From Bdellovibrionales bacterium (GTDB taxonomy: Bacteria > Bdellovibrionota > Bdellovibrionia > Bdellovibrionales > Bdellovibrionaceae): a stretch of DNA of 45,846 nt. The notes beneath the pieces are model-generated. The model was not told the DNA's origin and ran no database searches. It saw only the letters and a list, made by a program, of their open reading frames with translations. Position numbers and translations under genes: made by a program. The stretch is from assembly GCA_031370005.1 (NCBI GenBank), contig JANMPT010000016.1:1-45846 (forward strand), given 5' to 3'. The number at the start of each line of letters is the position of its first letter. Within the stretch, counting starts at the first letter, position 1. Shown here one piece after another: positions 27,064 to 37,415 of this stretch.

Positions 27064-28139
27064 TCAGTGCTGAGTTCTGGCGGGGCAAGCGGGTTTTTCT
27101 AACAGGACATACCGGTTTTAAGGGCAGCTGGATGGCTTTGTGGCTTAAAAGGCTTGGTGCAAAGGTTACAGGCTTTGCTTTAAGTCCCGATACGCAGCCA
27201 AGTCTTTTTGGCGAGATCGAAAATGAACTGGATATCAAATCCGTTATTGGCGACATTTGTAATTTTGAATTGCTAAATGCCACGATGCAGGCGGCAAATC
27301 CTGAGGTCATTTTCCATATGGCAGCTCAGCCCTTGGTTCGCTATTCCTATGATCACCCCCTTGAAACATTTCAAACAAATATTATGGGCACTGCGAATCT
27401 TTTAGAGGCCGCGAGGCATTTGAAAAATTTAAAATCAATCGTGGTTATTACCACCGATAAAGTTTATGAAAACGCAGAGTGGGCCTGGTCTTATCGTGAA
27501 AATGATGTGCTCGGGGGCCATGATCCTTACTCAAGCAGTAAAGCTTGTGCGGAAATTGTCACAACGGCGATGCGAAAATCTTTTTTTTCAAAGCCTGGAA
27601 GCCCTGGGGTAGCCACAGTCCGAGCGGGTAATGTTATTGGTGGCGGAGACTGGGCCCTGGATCGTATCGTTCCTGACGTTATGAACGCGTTTCAAAAATC
27701 AGAGATCCTGAAACTTAGAAATCCAAAAGCCATTCGCCCATGGCAGCACGTCTTAGAACCGCTCGGTGGCTATCTTGCTTTGGGACAGAAGTTATTTGTG
27801 GAACCGACAGGTCCTTTTGCCTCTGCGTGGAATTTTGGCCCCTATGCCGACAATGCGGTGACAGTGGGCGAACTCGTTGCCCTGCTCTCTGCACATTGGC
27901 CCGGTGGGAAATGGGAGATCGATAAAGGCCAACATCCCCATGAGGCATTTTATTTAAAATTGGATAGTTCAAAAGCAAAGCACTATCTTGGTTGGCACTC
28001 GCTTTTAAATATTCAGAAGACGACACAAATAACCGTTGATTGGTATCGCCACTTTTTCAACAAAGAAGCCACAGCTTTTGCTTTATGTAATAAACAGATT
28101 GATGAATACTCTAAGGAACTAAACCATGTTGCCAAGTAA
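27048..28139 (+). CDS. rfbG: CDP-glucose 4,6-dehydratase
   Basis: [51 protein letters not shown]. Confidence 0.96.
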   Translation: MENLVVSAEFWRGKRVFLTGHTGFKGSWMALWLKRLGAKVTGFALSPDTQPSLFGEIENELDIKSVIGDICNFELLNATMQAANPEVIFHMAAQPLVRYSYDHPLETFQTNIMGTANLLEAARHLKNLKSIVVITTDKVYENAEWAWSYRENDVLGGHDPYSSSKACAEIVTTAMRKSFFSKPGSPGVATVRAGNVIGGGDWALDRIVPDVMNAFQKSEILKLRNPKAIRPWQHVLEPLGGYLALGQKLFVEPTGPFASAWNFGPYADNAVTVGELVALLSAHWPGGKWEIDKGQHPHEAFYLKLDSSKAKHYLGWHSLLNIQKTTQITVDWYRHFFNKEATAFALCNKQIDEYSKELNHVAK

Positions 28140-29475
28140 TGAAAATGAAGCGCGTGAGCACATTAAAAATCTCGTTGCTGATTATTATCATAAGTTTCAT
28201 GCGCCAAAGCAGAACCTCGATTTTGTTCCTGGCACCTCTCAAATTAATTATGGGGGCCGAGTTTACGACGAAAAAGAGATGGTCAATCTAGCTGACTCCA
28301 TGCTCGACTTTTGGTTAACCTCCGGTCGGTATTGTGATAGCTTCGAAAAACGTTTTGCAGAGATCATTGGCGTTAAGTATTCGCTGCTTGTGAACTCAGG
28401 GTCTTCGGCCAATCTTGTGGCATTTAGTGCATTGACGTCTCCATTGTTAAAAGAGCGTCAAATCAAAAAAGGCGATGAGGTGATCACTGTGGCCGCAGGA
28501 TTTCCCACAACGGTCAATCCAATTATTCAATATGGAGCGGTTCCAGTTTTTGTTGATATCTGTGTGGAGGATGGAACTTACAATATCGATGTTTCCTATT
28601 TAGAAGCCGCTCGCAGTGAAAAAACCAAGGCTGTGATGATTGCTCACACTCTTGGGAATCCTTTTAATCTTGAAGCTGTGGGTGCGTTTTGCAAAAAATA
28701 TAATCTTTGGTTGATTGAAGATAACTGTGATGCTCTGGGCTCTCGTTATAAGGCTCAGTATACAGGATCTTTTGGTGACATTGCCACCAGCAGCTTTTAT
28801 CCGCCTCATCATTTGACCATGGGCGAGGGTGGTGCTGTATACACTTCAAATCCCTTACTGAAGAGAGCAGCCGAGTCCTTTAGAGATTGGGGACGGGATT
28901 GCTGGTGTCCTTCGGGGAAAGACAATACCTGCAAAAAACGTTTTGGTTGGACACTTGGTGAGTTACCCAAAGGCTATGATCACAAATATGTATACAGCCA
29001 CTTTGGTTATAACCTTAAAGTGACTGAGATGCAGGCCTCGATTGGTTTAGCCCAATTGGATAAGCTCGAAGGCTTCAGCGAAAAAAGAAGAAAAAACTTT
29101 AAATTTCTTCGTGAGTCTTTATCGGGCTTGTCTGATTACTTTGTACTGCCAAATCCAACTCCCAATTCGGACCCAAGTTGGTTCGGTTTTTTATTAACGG
29201 TGCGGGACAATGCAGGCTTTTCACGAGATGAAATTGTTCGTCATTTGGAAGACAAGAAGATTCAAACAAGGATGCTCTTTGCCGGCAATATGATCCGCCA
29301 GCCTATGTTTGATCCTCTCCGTGGGTCCTCCTCGGGCTACAGAGTCATTAGCGAGCTTAAAGAAACAGATCGCGTTATGACAAATACATTTTGGGTGGGC
29401 GTTTACCCAGGGATGAAGTCTGGGGCCTTGGACTATATGGCGCAAACTATTACGAACTTTGCGAGAGCTAAATAA
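28126..29475 (+). CDS. rfbH: CDP-4-keto-6-deoxy-D-glucose 3-dehydrase (E1, DdhC)
   Basis: SFYPPHHLTMGEGG (His in place of the PLP Lys), Fe-S motif RDCWC...DNTC, YDHKY. Confidence 0.95.
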   Translation: MLPSNENEAREHIKNLVADYYHKFHAPKQNLDFVPGTSQINYGGRVYDEKEMVNLADSMLDFWLTSGRYCDSFEKRFAEIIGVKYSLLVNSGSSANLVAFSALTSPLLKERQIKKGDEVITVAAGFPTTVNPIIQYGAVPVFVDICVEDGTYNIDVSYLEAARSEKTKAVMIAHTLGNPFNLEAVGAFCKKYNLWLIEDNCDALGSRYKAQYTGSFGDIATSSFYPPHHLTMGEGGAVYTSNPLLKRAAESFRDWGRDCWCPSGKDNTCKKRFGWTLGELPKGYDHKYVYSHFGYNLKVTEMQASIGLAQLDKLEGFSEKRRKNFKFLRESLSGLSDYFVLPNPTPNSDPSWFGFLLTVRDNAGFSRDEIVRHLEDKKIQTRMLFAGNMIRQPMFDPLRGSSSGYRVISELKETDRVMTNTFWVGVYPGMKSGALDYMAQTITNFARAK

Positions 29476-30305
29476 TGCGTGCTTTGCTGACCGGAGCCAC
29501 CGGCTTTGTTGGCCAAAACCTCAAGACTTATCTGCAGGATCGCGGATGGCAGCTTGGGACTATTGGTCGCAAAGACAGCAGCAAAGACATGGACGAAAAA
29601 ATGCAGAGCTTTAAGCCAGATGTGGTCATTCACTTGGCCACGCTGTTTAAGGCCGAGCACCAGACAGAAGACATTCCTGATTTAATTCAAAGTAATATTA
29701 CATTTGGAACTCAAGTCCTTGAGTCCATGGTTCGGCATAATATCTTGAATTTCATAAATACGGGAACTCTTTGGCAGTATTATGAAGGACAAAAAGATGT
29801 ACCCTCATGCTTATATGCTGCTACCAAAACCGCATTTGAAAGTATTTTAAGATTTTACAGCTCGGCCAATCAAATGAAAGTTATCAACTTGATGCTAGCG
29901 GACACTTATGGACCTAAGGATCCGCGAAAAAAATTATTACCAAAGCTTTTAAGCATTGCCGGCACGGAGAAAAAACTTCAACTGTCCGAAGGGCAGCAAG
30001 TGATCGCGTGGACCTTTATCGGTGACGTCGTCGAGGCTTTCGAGGTGGCGGCTCAAAGATTAATTTTAGATCAAGAAGCCAAAAGATTTGTAAGCTACAC
30101 CGTCACCTCTACTGAGGAATTGAGCCTTCGTGAAAGCGTGCGACTTTGTGAGCAAGTGCTTGGTAAAAAAATATGGGTGGACTTTGGCACCAAACCCTAC
30201 CGTAAAAGAGAGGTCATGGGACCTGAAAGATTAGACCCTCAGCTTCCGGGTTGGACTGCAAAAGTCTCCTTGGCTCAAGGTATTGAGGCCTGTCGTCATG
30301 GGTGA
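29475..30305 (+). CDS. NAD-dependent sugar 4-reductase (CDP-abequose/paratose/ascarylose synthase-like)
   Basis: TGATGFVG, YAATK, DTYGP; located directly after rfbH. Confidence 0.75.
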   Translation: MRALLTGATGFVGQNLKTYLQDRGWQLGTIGRKDSSKDMDEKMQSFKPDVVIHLATLFKAEHQTEDIPDLIQSNITFGTQVLESMVRHNILNFINTGTLWQYYEGQKDVPSCLYAATKTAFESILRFYSSANQMKVINLMLADTYGPKDPRKKLLPKLLSIAGTEKKLQLSEGQQVIAWTFIGDVVEAFEVAAQRLILDQEAKRFVSYTVTSTEELSLRESVRLCEQVLGKKIWVDFGTKPYRKREVMGPERLDPQLPGWTAKVSLAQGIEACRHG

Positions 30306-30843
30306 GATGTTTCAGAAAACTGAAATTGAAGGCTGTTTTGTTTTTAAAAGTTCACTTTTTAAAGATAAGCGCGGATCTTTTTCAAAAATATATTCAAGCG
30401 AAATTTTTATGTCTTTGGGGCTTGAGATTCCCGTGGCGGAAGTTTTTTTTTCGAATTCTCATAAAAACGTTATCCGAGGGATGCACTTTCAGAGCCCTCC
30501 CCATGATCATGCCAAGATCGTCAGCTGCGTCGCTGGGCGGGTTTTGGACGTGGTCTTGGATTTACGCAAAAGCTCGTCAAGCTATGGCAAAGCCATGGGT
30601 ACAGAGCTCACTGCTTTGAATGAAATGACTTTATTTATTCCTAAGGGCTGCGCCCACGGGTTTTATTCTTATGAAGACAATAGCATCATTTGTTATATTG
30701 TTGAAACCAATCATCACAAAGATTCAGATAAAGGAATTTTATGGAATTCCTTTGGCTTTCAGTGGCCGCAGGAGCAGGTCATTCTCTCAGAGCGGGATCT
30801 TGAGTTCCCGACTCTGAAAAACTTCGTAAATCCATTTAAATAA
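30298..30843 (+). CDS. RmlC-family sugar epimerase (possibly an AscE-like 5-epimerase)
   Basis: DKRGSF, IRGMHFQ, DVVLDLR, IPKGCAHGF. Confidence 0.85.
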   Translation: MGEMFQKTEIEGCFVFKSSLFKDKRGSFSKIYSSEIFMSLGLEIPVAEVFFSNSHKNVIRGMHFQSPPHDHAKIVSCVAGRVLDVVLDLRKSSSSYGKAMGTELTALNEMTLFIPKGCAHGFYSYEDNSIICYIVETNHHKDSDKGILWNSFGFQWPQEQVILSERDLEFPTLKNFVNPFK

Positions 30844-30859
30844 ACTTGAAGAGGACTTA

Positions 30860-31927
30860 GTGAAAATTTTAGTTTTAAGTAAGTACTCTCGAAAAGGCGC
30901 CTCTAGCCGCTATAGAATGTTTCAGTATTTTCCGAGTCTTCAGGCTCAGGGTGCGGAATTAACTTCTGAAGCTCTTTTTGACGATGAATATTTGGAGCGC
31001 TTGTATTCTGAAAAAAATCGTTTATGGAGTGTGCTTAAAGCATATACCCATCGTGTTCAAATTCTTTTATTTGCGAAGGGATTTGATGTCCTGTGGATTG
31101 AAAAGGAGCTTTTCCCTTGGATTCCGTGGTTTATTGAAGCTTGGTTTTTGCAGCGCCTAAAGACGCCTTATGTTGTTGACTATGATGATGCGATTTTTCA
31201 TCAGTATGATACTCATCCTTGGGCCTTTGTTCGTAAGCTCCTCGGCGCAAAATGTGATGAAGTCATGGCTTCAGCCGAGATTGTCGTCGCCGGGAACGGG
31301 TATCTGGCCCAGAGAGCGCGGACGGCCGGTGCCAAAAAAGTTTTTGAAATTCCCACGGTGGTCTCTGAAAAAGTCTTTACTCCGAAAGAGACTCAAAATC
31401 CAGTTCCTGTAATTGGCTGGATTGGCTCGATGTCTACGGCAATTTACCTGGAAAAGTTGAGACCAATTTTTTCGGAGCTCAGTCAAAAATATTCATTTAA
31501 GTTTCGCGTGGTGGGGGCTTCCGTCCAATGGAGTGATGTTCCCGTTGAGTCGATCCCTTGGAGTGAGAGCCAGGAGGTTCCGCTTGTTCAGTCCTTTGAT
31601 ATTGGGATTATGCCGCTGTTGGATTCCCCTTGGGAGCGCGGCAAGTGTGGTTTTAAGCTGATTCAATACATGGCCTGCGGAAAGCCCATAGTCGCAGATT
31701 CCGTGGGGGCGAATGTTGAAATCGTGGACAATGGCCAAAGCGGTTATTTGGTTTCAGAAAAAATGAGTTGGTCTCAGGCCCTTGAGAAGCTTTTGCTTGA
31801 AGCCCCCCTGAGAGCCGATATGGGCCGCCGGGGGCGAGAACGCTTTAAAAACCGATACTCTCTTGAGTGCTGGCAGGTGTATTTATATAAACTCTTTCAA
31901 GAGTGCTCTCACGTGGAGAGGCTTTGA
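30860..31927 (+). CDS. GT4 glycosyltransferase
   Basis: GASSRYR, DYDDA, IGWIGS, DIGIMPL, GKCGFKLIQYMACG. Confidence 0.9.
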   Translation: MKILVLSKYSRKGASSRYRMFQYFPSLQAQGAELTSEALFDDEYLERLYSEKNRLWSVLKAYTHRVQILLFAKGFDVLWIEKELFPWIPWFIEAWFLQRLKTPYVVDYDDAIFHQYDTHPWAFVRKLLGAKCDEVMASAEIVVAGNGYLAQRARTAGAKKVFEIPTVVSEKVFTPKETQNPVPVIGWIGSMSTAIYLEKLRPIFSELSQKYSFKFRVVGASVQWSDVPVESIPWSESQEVPLVQSFDIGIMPLLDSPWERGKCGFKLIQYMACGKPIVADSVGANVEIVDNGQSGYLVSEKMSWSQALEKLLLEAPLRADMGRRGRERFKNRYSLECWQVYLYKLFQECSHVERL

Positions 31928-33237
31928 TGCTGAAAAAGTTTTTTTTCTTTCAAAAAAAATCCTGGATTTATAGTCTGATCTCACTTGTTAATGTGGGCTG
32001 TGGACTTTCTGTGACGGCCTTGATTTGGTATAAGTATGCGGCCACGAGGGACTCTGACATACTACTGCTCGCCACCTCATCAATTTCACTTCTTGCCCAA
32101 TTGTCGTTAGTGGGTGTTGAACAAGTACTTTATTTTTATGCGGATGAAAGAAAAAAAAGCCAAGAGGCCGCTGAGCAGTTTTTTAAACTCGCCTTTACTT
32201 GGTCCTTATTGAGTGGAGCACTCTTTGCTGTTTTGTTCATGGTACTCTCAAAATATTTTCTAATGATGGTAGCCACGGGCTTTTCTGCGGAGGCCAAGAC
32301 ATTGGCCAGATATTTATTATTCTGTCTTTCGCCGCAACTGGTGATGAGTCCCGCCTTGCATGTTCTCAGAGCCAAGTGGGCTCTGGATGAGAAATTTGGC
32401 CGGGCTTATCTTCTGTCCGCAGTGAATTCCTTTGTCCTCTTGGTTTGTTTGGTTTTGACCCTAATGCTTGGAATTAACAGTCTTGAAGATTTTGGAAGTT
32501 TGGCTCTTTCAGTCTTTTTGATTTTTCTTTGCGGCTTTATCATCCAACACAGAAGCTTCTTCATAGCACCCCACCGTTCGGAGTGGCTCAAGATAAAAGG
32601 CTTGGTCTTTCATAGCTCCACAGTAAAGGGAGCCAATGCGGTTCATAATTTTTTAGTGCAGGCCTTGATCAGCAGTATTCTATCAAGGATGCCGACGGGC
32701 TCTATTTCAATTTTTCAGTATGCCAAACGCCTGGCCGACGGAGTCTTTGCCATTACTGCCGGCCCCCAGGTTATGATCTATCACTCGCGTTGTGCGACTG
32801 CGGTTTCAAGCTGGAATAAGGCTGAGATGCGAAGCAATGTCAGTCATTTTTTAAAAACCTTCTTAAGCCTCTTCTTTGCCATGGCTTTGATTGTGTATTT
32901 GCTGACTCCAATTGCCTTATCGATTGTGGCCAAGAGTTTTTCGGCCAGCACTATTGATGAGATTCGCTTAGTTTATTTAGGGATTGTGTTTTGGTATCTG
33001 ATTATGGGCGTTGAAACTCTGTCCGTGGGAGTTATCCTTGCAACGCGGAGCAGTTTGATTCTTTTCAGTGTTAATTTAATTTTTATTTTTTTATTTTTCA
33101 GTTGGAGCCGAATTCGCAGTATTGAAAATGTTTTAGAGTTAACATTTACCACGGCGGGATTTCAGCTTGTGAGCCTCACTTTGTTCACCTTATCAGCCTT
33201 ATGGATTATTAGACGTAGGAGCCTCGGTGCGCGTTAG
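31927..33237 (+). CDS. MOP-superfamily flippase (Wzx/MurJ-like)
   Basis: About 12 hydrophobic segments; GSISIFQYAKRL resembles MurJ; lies within the polysaccharide cluster. Confidence 0.7.
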   Translation: MLKKFFFFQKKSWIYSLISLVNVGCGLSVTALIWYKYAATRDSDILLLATSSISLLAQLSLVGVEQVLYFYADERKKSQEAAEQFFKLAFTWSLLSGALFAVLFMVLSKYFLMMVATGFSAEAKTLARYLLFCLSPQLVMSPALHVLRAKWALDEKFGRAYLLSAVNSFVLLVCLVLTLMLGINSLEDFGSLALSVFLIFLCGFIIQHRSFFIAPHRSEWLKIKGLVFHSSTVKGANAVHNFLVQALISSILSRMPTGSISIFQYAKRLADGVFAITAGPQVMIYHSRCATAVSSWNKAEMRSNVSHFLKTFLSLFFAMALIVYLLTPIALSIVAKSFSASTIDEIRLVYLGIVFWYLIMGVETLSVGVILATRSSLILFSVNLIFIFLFFSWSRIRSIENVLELTFTTAGFQLVSLTLFTLSALWIIRRRSLGAR

Positions 33238-34285
33238 TGTAATTGTACCGACATTTAATAGGGCAAGTTTCTTAGTGGAGGCCATTGAAAGCGTCCTTCG
33301 CCAAGACTATAGCGATCTTGAGGTGGTCATTTCGGACAATGCTTCGTCGGACTATACGGCCGACGTCGGAAGCTATTTTTCAAAAGACCCGAGGGTTAAG
33401 TACTTTCGCAATTCTGAAAATATCGGCATGGTCAGGAATTGGCATAAAGCTGTCTTTGAATACGCCACTGGGGACTGGTTTCTTCTTTTATCAGATGATG
33501 ATATTTTGACCAATCCGAAGTTCATTTCTCAGGCGGTTGAAATTATAAAGTCCTCAAAGGATGTGGCTATTGTTTATTCAAATAGTTACATTTTTGATGA
33601 GGCCTTAAATACGATTACAAAACTCAAGCTCCCATTTCAGCGTATTGAAAATGGGCTTTTTATCTTTTCGCGGCGAGGCACCATTCGCCCTCAGGACTTT
33701 GCCCTTTGCAATGTGCTTTTTGACAGAAAGCGTTCGGCAGAGGCCGGTGCTTTTTTGAATCCCAATAACCTCTCCTGTGATTCAGAACTTTTTTTGAATC
33801 TTTGCTTGAAGGGCCAAGTGGGTGTTGTTGACGAATACTCAAGTATCTATCGAGTTCATTCAGGAAACCTGCTAAAATCAGCGAGTAAAAACATCGAGCT
33901 TTTTGTTGGAAGTTTGGACTCCCTCTTAAGACCGTTGATCGAAGCAGAGAAAGCTCATATAGATTCAAGTGTCATTCGCGAGTTTATAGCCAATTCCAGA
34001 ATTAAAAGAGAGATTTGGGTGAGTTTATTAAAAACCTCGTCGATGAGTAAAAAAAGAGCGCGAGAGCTTTATCGAGAGCTACAGAGTTTATTAAAGGACT
34101 GCAATGAGCGCCTGCTGCCTTCAAAGTTGATATTTTTTGGGATGTTGATTGCAGCGGGGACTTTAACCCCATTGTTTATTTTGAGAAGACGAACCCTGTT
34201 TATGACAAATTCGCTGAAACGAATATTTTTTGGCCGACAGGTTTATTTTAAACTCTTAAAACAAAAGGTTTATTTAATTGAGTAG
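33227..34285 (+). CDS. GT2 glycosyltransferase
   Basis: VSVIVPTFNR, SDNASSD, LSDDD, YRVH. Confidence 0.9.
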   Translation: MRVSVIVPTFNRASFLVEAIESVLRQDYSDLEVVISDNASSDYTADVGSYFSKDPRVKYFRNSENIGMVRNWHKAVFEYATGDWFLLLSDDDILTNPKFISQAVEIIKSSKDVAIVYSNSYIFDEALNTITKLKLPFQRIENGLFIFSRRGTIRPQDFALCNVLFDRKRSAEAGAFLNPNNLSCDSELFLNLCLKGQVGVVDEYSSIYRVHSGNLLKSASKNIELFVGSLDSLLRPLIEAEKAHIDSSVIREFIANSRIKREIWVSLLKTSSMSKKRARELYRELQSLLKDCNERLLPSKLIFFGMLIAAGTLTPLFILRRRTLFMTNSLKRIFFGRQVYFKLLKQKVYLIE

Positions 34286-35276
34286 TATAAATGAGGAAAA
34301 CAAAATTATGAGTATGCCACTAATTGGAATTGCGATGGCCACCTATAACCCCAGCCTTTCTTATTTTTTAGGTCAGATTTCGTCTTTGAAAAACCAGACC
34401 TATAAAAACTGGAAGTGTGTGGTCGTCGATGATTTTTCCAGTGATGGAAGCTATCAGGTCATTTTGGATGTGATTGGCAAGGATCCACGTTTTGAGATTC
34501 ATCGCAATAGCAGCAATCTTGGAAGTTTTAAAACTTTTGAGCGGGCCTTGACCTTATTGCCGAAGGAGGCCAGTTTCATTTGTTATTGCGATCAAGATGA
34601 TATTTGGATTTCAACAAAACTGGAGCGTCAGTTGGAGGCCTTCAAGGACCCGACAGTGGCTTTGGTGCATACAGATCAATCTCTGATTGATGAAAAGAAC
34701 AGGGTTTTTGCAATATCCTGTTGGCAACTCGAAGGTCGTGACGTTCTTGAAGCTAGTACAGATTTATTGTTATTCAGGAATTTAATAACCGGCTGCACGA
34801 CTATGTTTCGCCAAGAAATCCTGCGTACGGCCTTGCCATTTTGTCCACTGAGGGCTCAAAAGGAAATGTACCACCATGATATGTGGGTGGCGATGCATGC
34901 CTGTGTTCACGGCAAGGTCTTAGGCTTAAAAGAACCTTTGGTTTTATACCGTCAACATGGTGGAAATTTAGTGGGAGTTTCAAGCCTTCGTCGCAATGTC
35001 AAATTGGGGGAACTGGTTTCTAAAGCTCGTCGAGCTTTTAATGAAAGATGGGGTTTACGAGAAGATTTTCTGGGCTCTTTGGAACGCGTTCACAACAAAA
35101 ATTGCAAAGATCAAAAACTGAAGCTTTCTTATTTAGATAAACCGATGGCATTATTTGTAAAAGGATTTGGCTTTGTTTCAGCGCATCCGATGTTTTTTAG
35201 AACTTGGGTGATGCTGGCTGTGGGACTTTTGGCCTTTTCTCGCCGAAACGGGAACCTTACTGAAAAAGCGAGTTAG
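34278..35276 (+). CDS. GT2 glycosyltransferase (rhamnosyltransferase-like)
   Basis: MATYN, DDFSSD, CDQDDIW, TGCT, HDMW, YRQHGGN. Confidence 0.9.
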   Translation: MSSINEENKIMSMPLIGIAMATYNPSLSYFLGQISSLKNQTYKNWKCVVVDDFSSDGSYQVILDVIGKDPRFEIHRNSSNLGSFKTFERALTLLPKEASFICYCDQDDIWISTKLERQLEAFKDPTVALVHTDQSLIDEKNRVFAISCWQLEGRDVLEASTDLLLFRNLITGCTTMFRQEILRTALPFCPLRAQKEMYHHDMWVAMHACVHGKVLGLKEPLVLYRQHGGNLVGVSSLRRNVKLGELVSKARRAFNERWGLREDFLGSLERVHNKNCKDQKLKLSYLDKPMALFVKGFGFVSAHPMFFRTWVMLAVGLLAFSRRNGNLTEKAS

Positions 35277-35279
35277 TTC

Positions 35280-36125
35280 ATGTCCTCTACTTTGGCCGTC
35301 GTTCTAAGCTATCGCCCCGAAGCCTCGATAGTTCAAAATATCGAGGCTCTTTTATTGCAGGTTTCACGAGTTGTCGTAGTTGACAATGAGTCTTCGGAGC
35401 AGTCAAAAATAATACTTGCGACATTAGATCAAACGAAGGTGGCCCTGATCTTTAATGATGAAAACAAGGGCGTGGCTGAAGGCTTTAACCAAGGCATCCG
35501 CTGGGGGCTTGAGCAAGGTTTTGAGTATTTTCTTTTAATGGACCAGGACAGCTTTCCTAAGCCAGGTATGGTGGAAGTGCTGCTTGAAACTTTAAAGGCT
35601 TATACGGGAAAAGATCAGACAGTGCTTGTGGGGCCTCACCATGAAGATTTTGAGAGAAAAATGGCGGCCTTGAATAATGAAAATATTGAGCCAGTTCCGC
35701 TTCTGATTACATCGGGAAGTTTGCTTTCAAAAAAGCTGATCGAAGAGGTGGGCCTTTACGACGGAAGACTTTTTATTGACCATGTTGATCACGACTATTG
35801 TTTGCGAGTCGCAAAAAAAGGCGGTTTTTGTTTAAAGATCAATTCTGCGGTATTGCTTCATAAATTCGGCGAGGCTCAGGTTAAAACAGTTTTAGGAAAG
35901 TCATTTTTTCTGCAAGATTACTCGGCCTTTCGCCGTTACCATATGATGCGAAATCGGATCGTTCTTTATAAACGCTATGGAATATTTAGTGGGGCTTGGT
36001 TTTGGATGGATCTGCGCTCGGCACTGAAGGATCTGGCGAAGTTGATTTTGTTCGAGAGCGATAAGGCAGTAAAACTACGGGCGGTTCTTCGTGGCCTCAA
36101 AGACGGCCTGCTGTGGCGGGACTAA
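35280..36125 (+). CDS. GT2 rhamnosyltransferase-like protein
   Basis: VVVVDN, NKGVAEGFNQG, MDQDS, ITSGSL, LFIDHVDHDYC. Confidence 0.9.
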   Translation: MSSTLAVVLSYRPEASIVQNIEALLLQVSRVVVVDNESSEQSKIILATLDQTKVALIFNDENKGVAEGFNQGIRWGLEQGFEYFLLMDQDSFPKPGMVEVLLETLKAYTGKDQTVLVGPHHEDFERKMAALNNENIEPVPLLITSGSLLSKKLIEEVGLYDGRLFIDHVDHDYCLRVAKKGGFCLKINSAVLLHKFGEAQVKTVLGKSFFLQDYSAFRRYHMMRNRIVLYKRYGIFSGAWFWMDLRSALKDLAKLILFESDKAVKLRAVLRGLKDGLLWRD

Positions 36126-36134
36126 GGGGGGCTT

Positions 36135-37310
36135 TTAATCAGCGTCTAGTTCCTTCAGAAACAGTTCATAGGGAGTAATAGAGACAGAGTCATCTTTTAA
36201 TCGGCGTTGGCCTCGGTACACTATAATGAGCTCAACTGGTTTGTTTGGTTTTTGTTCTACGAATGTCTGCAATGAGGTTTTCCATGAAGATTTGTATTTA
36301 TCCGCCCATTTGACTTCAATGGCCATAATTTTTGAATCGGTTTCAATGATGATGTCGATCTCTGTTTTTTTATCATCTCGATAGTAATACAATTTCCACT
36401 TTTTCTTTTTATAGGAGTTTAGAGTTATGATTTGAAGGGCGATCCATTGCTCGAAAAGATGGCCGAGTTGATCTGCGGTGAACTTATTGTTTTGAATGCC
36501 AAGAATCCCATTTCTAACTCCGATATCGAAGAATAAAAATTTTTCCTTTTGAATCGCCTTTCGAGAACTATTAATTTGAGTGAAGCCGGGGATTCGATGG
36601 ATCAATAAAGTATCTGATAAAATGTCCATAAAGCGGCGAATTGTTTCCTTGGGTATCTCAGAATCCGAGGCCCATTGTGAATAGTTTAGCTCTTGCCAGG
36701 AACCTACTGCTGCTAAATCGATGAAGCGACTAAAACTAGCGACGTTTCTGACCAGTGCTTCGGCGATAATTTCTTCCCGCAGGTACCCATCGATGTACTC
36801 GCCTAAAAGCTCGGGTCCATAGGAAGCAAAATAAATTTCTGGCAGAGCTCCTCTTGTCAGACACTTCTGTAGGTCAAAATTCTTCTGCAGTTCCCAAAAT
36901 GATAACGGAAATAGTTGATGCGAAAAAATACGACCAGGCAGCAAATTGATCTCTTTCTTTCTTAGTTTTCGGGGTGACGATCCTGATAGTAAAAAAACGA
37001 TATTTTTATGATCGTCGATGAGAGACTGAATCGTATTCATCATTGCAGGAATTCGTTGTATTTCATCAATAAAGACAATGCCACCTTTGTCTTCAGTGAG
37101 TGGCATGACAATTTTTTCAAGCAAATCTGGATACTTTAAATGCTCTTGGTATTCCGACTCTTTCGCAAGATTGATGAGGATGTTCGGTTTTAAGCTTTTC
37201 AATAGAAAACTTTTTCCAGTTTGCCGAGGGCCAAGAAGTAACAGGCTTTTATGTTTTTTAGAGATGTGGTCCAAAAGCATTGGTTTTAATTGTCTTTGAA
37301 TTTCTATCAA
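36135..37310 (-). CDS. AAA+ ATPase (AAA_14) with DUF4143 and a C-terminal PD-(D/E)xK-like domain
   Basis: Walker A GPRQTGKS, Walker B FIDEIQ, SGSS, KFLFFDIG, EIDII...AIEVK. Confidence 0.9.
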   Translation of the reverse strand: MIEIQRQLKPMLLDHISKKHKSLLLLGPRQTGKSFLLKSLKPNILINLAKESEYQEHLKYPDLLEKIVMPLTEDKGGIVFIDEIQRIPAMMNTIQSLIDDHKNIVFLLSGSSPRKLRKKEINLLPGRIFSHQLFPLSFWELQKNFDLQKCLTRGALPEIYFASYGPELLGEYIDGYLREEIIAEALVRNVASFSRFIDLAAVGSWQELNYSQWASDSEIPKETIRRFMDILSDTLLIHRIPGFTQINSSRKAIQKEKFLFFDIGVRNGILGIQNNKFTADQLGHLFEQWIALQIITLNSYKKKKWKLYYYRDDKKTEIDIIIETDSKIMAIEVKWADKYKSSWKTSLQTFVEQKPNKPVELIIVYRGQRRLKDDSVSITPYELFLKELDAD

Positions 37311-37359
37311 TTGCGACCTCTAATTTAAACACTAAGCCATATTGATGGAGAACGCAACG

Positions 37360-37414
37360 AAAATGACCCACGACATGGGTCAAAACTAGATAAAATGACC
37401 CACGACATGGGGCA
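37360..37414. promoter_or_regulatory. tandem palindromic operator pair (20-bp direct repeat, period 32)
   Basis: AAAATGACCCACGACATGGG at 37360 and 37392; the copies read TGACCCA-CGACA-TGGG(T/G)CA. They lie just upstream of minus-strand TTGCGT-17-TAGTGT. Confidence 0.7.
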
Positions 37415-37415
37415 C

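Noticed and set aside
37360..37414. 20-bp direct repeats as a mini-CRISPR
   Set aside because: Two copies with a 12-nt spacer and no cas genes; better explained as operators.
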